This document shows positions 52,936 through 64,000 of a stretch of DNA of 64,000 nucleotides, one piece after another. Where the stretch lies: contig OZ024743.1 in the NCBI GenBank assembly GCA_964016885.1, positions 334,862,001 to 334,926,000 of the forward strand, written 5' to 3'. Under the pieces are notes generated by a model. The model was not told where the DNA came from and did not search any database. It was given only the letters and a program-made list of their open reading frames with translations. Position numbers and translations under genes: made by a program. Numbering within the stretch: position 1 is the first letter of the stretch; each line of letters begins with the position of its first letter. The stretch comes from Eledone cirrhosa (taxonomy: Eukaryota).

Positions 52936-53706
52936 GGAAGACCTGTCGGAGAGCGTCTATGTCACTGCAATCTGTCTAAGGAAAGCAACGTCACAGTTTC
53001 TATTGGCCGCCACAACTATGCAGAATGGTAAGCATTTCAAACTACATAAATGATTAGAATGCCTACATATACGGAATGCATAACGAAAGATTTACATGTT
53101 TCTACTGTAGCAAACGTATGGCACCCCCCTCATTTGTGCCTTTCACTCAAAGTCGTCATACATTATCTCCGTCATGCCGCAACGACTTCAGTCCCTGAAT
53201 TGCCAAACATCCCACATTATTATTCATACATTCCATGTGACTCACTTTTGGGCTGCTGACTTCCTTGTGGCATAGTTCGCGTTTGGAGCTTCACCGCGTC
53301 AACGTCACACTTTTACACTCATTCACCTTTCATATGCCATAACATTTTACCGCTTTTACATCGAACAACACATACTTCTTATGGTTAAAAATAAATGTTT
53401 TTTTGGAGGGGGGGGGGGTTCATGCTACGTTGTTTTCTCTTTAAAAAAATTATTTACTAATGGTAGACTTACACCCGGGCAACGCCGGGTATGGCTGCTA
53501 GTATATATATAAGTTAGTGCGACAACAGTTAATGAACCATTTTCAAGGACGCGGGTTTCACGTTGTGGATTGTCCTACGGGCTGAGTGGTCAACTACTCC
53601 GGATATAACCTCCCAGTGTTCTACCACTATATATATATATTCATCAACAACATCGTTTTTACGTCCTTTCTAACACGCTTACAAGGGTTGGACAGATATC
53701 TCTCTC

Positions 53707-53737
<31 letters not shown>

Positions 53738-53794
53738 GTAACCCATTTGCAACCATGCAGCACGTTTGCTTTCATATTAATATATATATATATA

Positions 53795-54092
53795 TATATA
53801 TAAATGAAGTAATTCTGTCGGAAAAGTCCAGGAAAAAAGAGTGCTCTATGTAGGTAACAGAGCTTAATAGTTATGTAATAAACAACATAAGGCAATTATT
53901 CCATTTACCAGTGGTTTCTTAAAAGCAAAAAAATTGCTTTCAATCCTCAGAATGAAAAAATCCTGGTGTGTTTATTGAATACGGATTTTAAAAACCTTTT
54001 AAAATCCAAAATTCAATAAACAGACCAGGATTTTTTCATTCTGAGGATTGAAAGCAAATATTTTGCTTTTAAGAAACCACTGGTAAATAGAT
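53795..54092 (-). mobile_element. Non-coding mini-element with an inverted pair of hammerheads
   Basis: tcatt CTGAGGA ttgaaagcaaa-tat-tttgcttttaa GAAAC cactg GTA aat at 54036-54088 and its inverse at 53899-53956; (TA)n flanks. Confidence 0.75.
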
Positions 54093-54099
54093 TATTACG

Positions 54100-55028
<929 letters not shown>

Positions 55029-55423
55029 TATATATGCATACACACACATATACATTCACAGAGACACACATACATATGTGTGTATATATAAATACATAGT
55101 TGTTTGGTGAGCAGCGTTTAACTACAGTTTGAGCATTAAATGCTATTACGTCCATCTAGTTAACAATGTAGGATTCGCCGTAAGAAGCAGAGTGTTAATA
55201 GGTAAACGAGAACGAAGTGTCAATTTAGCAATATATACAGGTTTTACTCGTGACGCGTGTTTCGTAATCGATCACCTCAAGTACAGTTAGCCATGATCGG
55301 GCCCTACTCTTGAATTGATAGCTCATCTTGTGAATGGACATTTTTTTTTTAAATTTTCAAGGTTCATTTTTTCTAAGTTTTAATTGAATATATCACAGAT
55401 TAACAGTAACATAGCTGCATGGT

Positions 55424-55985
55424 TTAACTCCATGCCATTACTGCGCTAGGGCTTGGTGAACACAACCACAAGGATATGGTCGAACGTGGAAGGAACGAAC
55501 TATCACTGTCATCGGCTCCATCTCTATCGCCACCCCATCTCTCCGTATGGTGAGCAAATGGGGTCTCGCGTGCTGTCCTCCCCACAGCCTTGGCGGACAG
55601 AATGGAGAAGGCCTTTCCCCGGAGGATGGTAAGGGAGATGCGCTGAAAGAGCCATTCCAGCTCGCGAGGCTCACACCTGCGGCTGGCCAGCTCAGCGCCT
55701 ATGGTTGTGATTAGGGAGGTAGCCCTTGGGCCAAGGACAGCAGAAGTTTCCACAGCCAAGGGCACGAGCGTGAACCTGTCGGAGAGCGACCGGTAATTGG
55801 AGAGTTTGGCCTCCTCAGCCCGACGTGCAGCAGAACCTGGGTTAGTCGCAGACTGCACCCGGTTGCGGCTGGAGAAAGTGTCGCGGAACGGGTAGATGGT
55901 CATGCCGTCTGGCCTTTTGTCGTCCTCTCGGTCCAGGCCACCGACTCGAGCTGGGAGGGGAAGCCTGCAGCGTTCAAGCCATGCT
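55424..55985 (-). pseudogene. CRE-clade retrotransposon RLE endonuclease 3' fragment
   Basis: RPDGMT, AARRAEEAK..Y..L, PLAVET..LG, FQRIS..I.RG.A. Confidence 0.8.
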
Positions 55986-56049
55986 TTTTCAGATATATAG
56001 AATTATTCCTACCAAGTCATTATAGATATAGAGCCCACAAAAAAACAAG

Positions 56050-56322
56050 ATACTGTAGGACAGAAGGAAGGAGAGACACAAAATAACAAAAAAGGTAGTC
56101 ACTGAGGAGGTCAGAAGATGTGTGACGAAAGAACTTTTACAATAAAAAATAAATATCCACCCGGCTATTGAACTAAACCACTGGGGGTTTATTTTAAATT
56201 GAAGTGAAAACCAACAGGTGTGAGTTGTTTATTGGCAGCTTGCCCTCCAAAAGTATAACAATATCTGTTTCAACACAGGTTTTCAGTTAAGAAATGTTTT
56301 TAAAAAATACAAAAACGAAGTA
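56050..56322 (+). mobile_element. Degenerate solo Neptune-like terminal repeat
   Basis: gtcactgaggaggtca..tgtgacgaaagaac, aattgaagtgaaa, ccctccaaaagtataacaatatc..ttcaacaca similar to 61060-61363. Confidence 0.65.
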
Positions 56323-56485
56323 TATGTTGTATGACTGCGTGTATATATAAATACACTCTTATATAAATGTAGATATTTATGTGAGCGCACCTGACTTAAT
56401 GTTTAGATCGTTGATTTCTGAACATGTCGAACCTGATATTTATATATATTTGTCTGCCTCTCTGTTTTGTTCCCGTATAAACTTG

Positions 56486-56547
<62 letters not shown>

Positions 56548-56819
56548 AAATAGTAAAAAAGAAAAAATACAGTAGAAAATGCTGTGGGATTTTTTCAGTG
56601 TAATATCAAAACATACATTTTTAAAGTGGGGGTTTCCGCATTTAATCATGGTACCGGTTTCAGCATTATATGCTTTTTGAACGACGGATGTGTCAAGTGC
56701 AGTTAAATTGCATATTTATACGAATAATAATAAAATGAAGAAAAACTATTAGTTTTTACATACATATTTAGAGAGGAAAATTCATGCTTCTGTCCGAAGC
56801 TTTCTTTCGCTGAATGCTA

Positions 56820-56895
<76 letters not shown>

Positions 56896-56901
<6 letters not shown>

Positions 56902-59900
56902 ATACTTTGGGAGGGTCATGTTGCCAATAAGAAACACACGCACCAGTTGCTTTCACTTCAATTTATTATAATAAATTTATTATAAATTTATAAATTTATA
57001 AATTTCTGGTTGGTTGGTTGGTTCCACAACCAGATAGTTGTTAATATATTGTCATCGTTCTTTCGTCACACACTCTGTGACCTCTTCAGTGACTTGGGAT
57101 TCCTTTCTTTGTTTCTGTGCCTCTCCTTTGTTCTGTCCTACGCCATTTTGTTTCTGTGTGTGTGTTGTGTGTTCAGTCTGCTCATGCGCCACATCCCGGT
57201 GTCTGTGTGTGTTTATGTTCATTTATTTATTTGTTTATTTACATGGTACTGGTTGGTTGTTTGTTGTATGTGTGTGTGTGTTTTCATTTTGTCCTTAATT
57301 GTAAGTTGTGATGTTGCTGTTCCACTCATATTTTCTATTTAATTTTGGTTGTAATTCTTTTATGTTTATTGCCTCTGTAATGTGTCTAAACATTGCGTCT
57401 TTTCTGTGTGTAGATTCTATTTTTATTTCTATGGTCTCTAATTTACCCTTGTGTTCTATCTTAGCATGTTGGTAGAGTACAGATGATTCTTTACTATCTT
57501 GAAGGTCTCGCCAGTGTTCATTTATCCGTTCCCCCACACTACGAGCTGTCTCACCTATGTACACTATATTTTTGTCTCTACATTGTCCTTCAGTACATCT
57601 TATGCTATACACTACATTTCTAGTTTTACAGTTAATATGGGGGCTTATTTTACAGGTTATACATTTTCTATCTATACATGAGGGTCTTTGAAAAGGGTAT
57701 GTCTTGCTAATGAGTGTTTTTACGGAGGTACCCGGTCTTTCTACTATCTTAATATTGAGTTTATGTTTATTTAGGGCCCTTCTAAATTTGTAAGCTAATT
57801 CACCTCTAGGGGTTGTATCGATGAACATTACACTCCGGTATTTATTGCTATCATACCATGAGTTTATTCTATTAGCCTTGTTCCTAGTTCTTTCTATTCT
57901 ATTCCAAAACTATTTACAAAACTACGCTGGAGCCTCAAGAACAAAAACAAAAACAAAAGCAACAATATACGCACACACATATACAACACACATCCCAACA
58001 ACAGACACACAGACACAAACAACAATAACAACAACACACACACCAACAACAACAACAATAATAACATACCCAGAAACAACAACAACAGACACGCAGACAC
58101 AAACAACAATAACAACACACACAACAATAATAACACACACGGAGACAACAACAACACACATCAACAACAGCACACATCAACAACAACAACACACACACAT
58201 TCAATGCCTCTCACCACCACCACAGTCTTAACAAACACACAGACACAGAAAACAAGTAATGACAGTAGCACAGAAATCACAGAAATAAGGGAAAGTAGTA
58301 GGATTAAAAGGAGATGGGAGACTAAGGACAAAGAAAATAACCAAGACGAACACACAGACACACAAATTAGGGTAGATAACAACAATGAGCCAGTGGAAAG
58401 AGACAGGAGTAATTATGAGAGACATAGAAACAACCATGATGCTGTTGGTGGAAATAGAAATAGAAACAACACAACTAACAATAACAATAGCACTAGTACA
58501 CATAAAGCAGCAGCCTGGAACTCTACTTTTTATAATCCTTCCGATAAATCGTTCGACCTGCGACGAGTCCACGCCACGACTTTACCATTTAACAAACGCC
58601 CGCAATTGCCGTCGCAGGTCGATGAACAAACAGATGCACAATTTAGTATAGCTAGATCCGAACTTAGAAATATTATAGAACAGTATAGCAAGAAGCATAA
58701 TAGAATGGAGGCCCAGCAACTGGGAGAAAAATCTGCAAATGGCTTGCGTAAGCTCATGCAGCGCTCGCGTGATGGAGAGATAGCATGCTTTCCAACAGAC
58801 AAGTCTGACAGAATGTCGGTTGACAGCCTGCCAAACTACATCCAGGCAATGCAACCCCACATCACTAACACAAGAGAGGTAACACCACAGGAGCATGAGG
58901 ATATAGAAAAAGCCCTCAATGCCCATATGGTGATGTGGAAGAATATAATGCAGCCCAACAAAAGGACTGCCAACAACTTCCAGGCCTGGAACAATGACGT
59001 ACCGGCGTTGTGTGGGCTTCGAAAAGACCATAAAACGGGCAGTGACCCTGTCGCGGATCCACGAACACGGCCAGTCTGTGGAGCTAACATTGCTAGTAAC
59101 TACAGACTGTCCTACTTCCTCTCCCTGATCATACGCCCCATCATTGAAATGTCTCCAGATGTATGTATTTGACAGCACGGAGGACCTCCTCAGCAGAATC
59201 GGCGTGAGTAACCGATCTAGGGACCTAACAAACTGCATAATAGGTAGTATGGATGTTGTGTCCCTGTATCCATCTATTGACGTGGATTTTGCTGTGGAGA
59301 AATGCGTAGAAATGATCAGTGAGAGCAATGTTGAGTTCTGTGGGATTGATACCAGTGAGCTGGGACTCCTACTTAAACTTACCTATAGTAATAATTACCT
59401 AGACACATATAACCTTAGCAACCTGTGCCCTACAAGACCAGCAAGAGGCAGACCACCTACCATTACCTCAATGGCCAAGAAAACCCACACAGATAGATGG
59501 AACGGGTGGACCAGAGCCATACGGACACCCGAAAACCACGATGAACTGAAGAAAATGATTGCACATGCGGTAGGGGCCAGCATAAAACTAACGCTTAAGG
59601 AACATATGTTCAAATTTAATGGAAAAACATATGCCCAAGAGGAAGGAGCAGCCATTGGTGTTAGCATTGCAGGCGACATAGCTAACTTATTCATGGTATG
59701 GTGGGACAGTAGACTTAAACTTAAACTTAAAGAACAATTAGAAGACCCCTTAACCTTGATAATGTACTCCTGCTACGTTGATGATATAAACATCGTAGTT
59801 AAGAGACACCCCCACTAGAGAACAGTCAGGAACTAGAGAAAAACACAATGGAAAGCATCCAGCAAATAGCTAACTCTATCCACCAGAGTATTAGAGTTAC

Positions 59901-61359
59901 TATAGACTACCCAAGTAAACACCCCAACCATCGATTACCTGTACTAGACACAGAGTTCTGGTTAGATACCATTAATAATAAAAAACAAATCCTCCATTCC
60001 CATTATGCCAAACCCATGACTTCCAAACATCTGATCCACCGAAACTCGGCCGTTTCGGACCATACCAAAATCAACATACTGATTGCGGATTTGGTACGGG
60101 TGATGAGAAACGTGTCCCGCATGTGCAACCCCGAAGAACTAGAGAGACACATACAACACTTCATCCACCGTATGCAGTTCTCTGGCTACAATCAGAGAGA
60201 TAAAATCAGAGTGTATAGAGGAGCCAGAACCAAATGGGAAAAAATGGTAAATAATGACATAAATGGGACCTGCCCCTTGTATAGGAGCAAATTTTGGAAT
60301 AGAATAGAAAGAACTAGGAACAAGGCTAATAGAATAAACTCATGGTACGATAGCAATAAATACCAGAGTGTAATGTTCATCGATACAACCCCTAGAGGTG
60401 AATTAGCTTACAAATGTAGAAGGGCCCTAAGTAAACATAAACTCAATATTAAGATAGTAGAAAGACCAGGTACCTCCGTAAAAACACTCATTAGCAAGAC
60501 ATACCCTTTTCAAAGACCCTCATGTATAGATAAGAAATGTATAACCTGTAAAATAAGCCCCCATATTAACTGTAAAACTAGAAATGTAGTGTATAGCATA
60601 AGATGTACTGAAGGACAATGTAAAGACAAAAATATAGTGTACATAGGTGAGACAGCTCGTAGTGTAGGGGAACGGATAAATGAATACTGGCGAGACCTTC
60701 AAGATAGTAAAAAATCATCTGTACTCTACCAACATGCTAAGATAGAACACAAGGGTAAATTAGAGAACATAGAAATAAAAATAGAATCTACACACAGAAA
60801 AGACGCAATGTTTAGACAAATTACAGAGGCAATAAACATAAAAGAATTACAACCAAAATTAAATAGAAAATATGAGTGGAACAGCAACATCACAACTTAC
60901 AATTAAGGACAAAATGAAAACACACACACACATAGAACAAACAACCAGCCAGTACCATGTAAATAAAAAAATAAAGAAATGAACATAAACACACACAGAC
61001 ACCCGGATGTGGCGCATGCGCAGACTGAGCACACAACACACACACAGAAACAAAATGGCGTAGGACAGAACAAAGGAGAGGCACAGAAACAAAGAAAGGA
61101 TTCCCCAGTCACTGAAGAGGTCACAAAGTGTGTGACGAAAGAACTATGACAATATATAAACAACTATCTGGTTGTGGAACCAACCAACCAACCAGAAATT
61201 TATAAATTTATAAATTTATAATAAATTTATTATGATAAATTGAAGTGAAAGCAACTGGTGCGTGTGTTTCTTATTGGCAACACTACCCTCCCAAAGTATA
61301 ACAATATCGGTTTCAACACACGATTTCAGATAAAGAATCTTGCTAAACAAATTCAGAAA

Positions 61360-61363
<4 letters not shown>
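56896..61363 (+). mobile_element. Neptune-like Penelope element with ~1-kb inverted terminal repeats
   Basis: Arms 56896-57909 / 60292-61305, ~58-nt tail; (TA)n flanks; hammerhead-like gtca CTGAAGA ggtcac..gtgac GAAA..tgac at 61108-61150 and its inverse at ~57051-57093. Confidence 0.92.
58204..60906 (+). pseudogene. PLE RT + GIY-YIG ORF with a frameshift and a stop
   Basis: PTDKS, GLRKDHK, RPVC, SMDVVSLYPSI, G.AIG, YVDD, LPVLD, HYAKP, VVYSIRC..C...YIGETARS..ER..E. Confidence 0.9.
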
Positions 61364-61441
<78 letters not shown>

Positions 61442-61449
61442 AAATAAAA

Positions 61450-61765
61450 TATGATTCCAGTTCCTCAGTGAAATAACAACCCAACTAGGAACTGGGCATA
61501 TCAGAGTATTGACAAAGTTATACACCTCAACAACATGTGTACTCGTCTCTACCACACTAATTCGGACTGCCTGAAGAGGTTACAGCCAAAGATGGCTGTC
61601 ACCGAAATATATATAGCAGTAATAAACGAAGCCAAATTTTAAACATTTGACTTATTTATTTTATTTTATTTTACATTACTCCGGAGTAACCAAACTGCGC
61701 ACTTCGTCGAGTGCTCCAATCTGCATACTGAGGTGTTGGTATACAACCAACATATATTCAACATT
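61450..61765 (+). mobile_element. Solo Naiad-like terminal repeat with hammerhead
   Basis: Homologous to 17170-17485; actgc CTGAAGA..GAAA tatatata gcagt at 61566-61620. Confidence 0.82.
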
Positions 61766-62686
61766 TATATATATATATATATATATTAAAATTACAGATT
61801 AAAAGGTTTAAGCAAAGAATCGCTTCATTTACCCTCATTACTATTATTACTATATATATATATATATAGGATATATGTAACTGGGGTTGTATATTAATTC
61901 AAGTACGAAATGTTCAAGTAAATAAACATTGTTCACGTTTATGTTAAGAGTCGGCTGTTCCATGGAGAGACATTGGAATATTCGTCAATGAAACTGACGG
62001 GATCCATTACAAGGGACATATTTCAAAGATTAAATATTAGGATTACCAAACCAAGAAACAGTCGGACGTAGTAGCTATTAAAATATATACAACAGAAATA
62101 TACAAAGTGTTACACGAATCTAATATGACTACTAGAGGATTCTCTAATAATCGTCTCCCTGCGCTATTTATTTTTCGGATCCATCTCCCACCCCTTTCTC
62201 TATTTCCCCTTCTTATTAAATTGTTCTAATCTGTCTCCGGCGAAATTTTATTTTAGGTAATAGCATTCCTGCGACAATTAACTTTCTTTATACATGAAAA
62301 TAAAGTGCATTACTTGAAATGCCATATGTTATAAAATAGAAGAGGTTGGGATTTCAATATGTAAACTAATCGACTAATTGTGGTTTGTAAAAAAAAAATC
62401 ATTGAAGACAACCAGAAAAAGTTTCCGATTTTCTATCCCCTGCCTCCGCTTATTTCATCCGCTTATTTCACCCTCCCATCCTATTATTTGGGGCCCGAGA
62501 GTATGGGGAATGAGGATTTAGAGTTGGTCATTTGCGCGTCAACAAATATTTGGACACATAAATTAGCATTAAACTTGATTCATCAGGGCAATCCACGCTT
62601 TATGAAACGCCTCTGGCGGAAAATGCCAATTAGTAAAACGTGCAAATATTTTCTCATTCAAACTGCAATGAGATCCGTACACACAC

Positions 62687-62766
<80 letters not shown>

Positions 62767-62814
62767 GCACACGCACACAGACACACAGAGGTTTTGAATT
62801 ATATTTATATATAG

Positions 62815-62863
<49 letters not shown>

Positions 62864-63014
62864 TAATAACAGATGGTTGAACTGCATTACGTTGAGTACT
62901 CTCCATATTATTACATTAAGATTGACCATACGGAATTGACCAGCTCTATCCAGTGGTGAACCTTCAAACTCGAATATATATTGAAGTAGTTACACAACAG
63001 TTAGTTCACCATAC

Positions 63015-63052
63015 CGAGAACAATTGTTTCACCTTAGCGGATCCTCAGCTCG
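63015..63052 (-). ncRNA. Minimal hammerhead ribozyme downstream of the PLE ORF
   Basis: cgag CTGAGGA tccgctaaggt GAAAC aatt GTT ctcg; palindromic stem III. Confidence 0.72.
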
Positions 63053-63263
63053 TAATGGGTTGTGTAACCACTTCTACCTAACTCGTCCCATGGACTGAGT
63101 GCTCTACCACTAACGATAGTACCTTCCAGTGTTCTACCACTATATATATATATATATCTATATATATACATATCTATATATGTATATATATGTAGATACA
63201 TATGTATATATATATGTGGGTAGAGATGTGTGCTGATGTAGGTATGTATGTTGTGGGTTCGTC

Positions 63264-64000
63264 TTAGGGAGAAGTGTTTAGACGGGGTCCGTATTTGTTA
63301 ATGAAGTAAGATTCCTTGCTGATGCGCTGGGTGTGGGTGGCATTATCTTTAAATTTGTAGAGGGGAAAGATTCTGAAGTTGGGATGATTTTGGGCGGCAC
63401 AGGTATCAATGTGTTCACTCAGTGGTATTTTCCTGTATTCCCGTATTTTAATTTGGGATCTATGGACAGTCATGCGTTGGCGGAGGCTGTTTTTGGTCTG
63501 GCCTATGTATTGTTCTCGACAACCTGAACAAGTTAATACATATATTAGATTTTCCGATGCACATGTGAAATTGTGTTTTACTATAAAACGTTGTCCATCT
63601 TTGAAATAGAATTCCGAACCCTCTATTAGGTTGATGCAATGCCACAGTTGGGTCCATCGCATTTTTTTACTGTGGGTTTCGTTGTTGTGGTTGGCAGTAC
63701 TTTGGCATGTGTTAAGATGTTTTTCATTGACTTGGATTGTCTTTTGCTCTTTATGATATCGTGTTTTCGTAGAATTTGGTTCATTCTATGGTCCTTTTTC
63801 AATACAGGGATGTTCTGGAGGATGGTGTCAAAAGCCTCATTGTTGAGGGGGTTGTGTGTGGAGATGTATGGAAGAGCTTTTAGTTTTGGTTGATTTACTT
63901 TAGGGTGTCTAAGGTCCTGGGTACTGAGTTTTAGGGCACGTTGGATTCCATTGTCAATTAGTGATGCAGGGTAGTCCCTGCCTATGAGTGTGTCCTTTAG
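63264..64000 (-). mobile_element. Penelope-like element C-terminus (GIY-YIG), running off the window edge
   Basis: FTCASENLIYVLTCSGCREQYIGQT..LRQR..VHR..ESYFI.KY.P.LN. Confidence 0.85.

Larger units (their letters stand above)
49741..53501 (+). mobile_element. Rearranged Helitron (candidate termini A|TC...hairpin-CTAG|T)
   Basis: 5' tctatatctataaaaatg..gtctgtctgtctg resembles the Helitron 5' end at 13290; 3' cccgg-gcaacg-ccggg then ctag at 53498-53501; whether both termini belong to one element is inferred. Confidence 0.6.

Overview
AT-rich, microsatellite-saturated eukaryotic (animal) DNA made almost entirely of nested, mostly decayed transposable elements; no host protein-coding gene can be supported. 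The repeat mix (RTE with C2H2 fingers, R4/Dong, Tx1/L1, CR1-group, CRE, several Penelope-like clades, Helitrons, mariner, tRNA-SINEs, long (TA)n/(CA)n/(TAA)n tracts) suggests a mollusc such as an octopus, which is an inference only. The strongest unannotated signal is a dense set of hammerhead-ribozyme-like motifs (roughly 20 copies from about 10 sequence families, found by eye). They sit in Penelope-like elements and in tiny non-coding fold-back units that share one architecture: (TA)n, a truncated inverted terminal copy, the body, a full terminus with an extra tail, then (TA)n. Positions ~1-6090 and ~12311-20490 are a diverged segmental duplication that shows filled and empty insertion sites. 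Most short ORFs in the track are microsatellite artefacts. All coordinates were read by eye and may be off by several bases.
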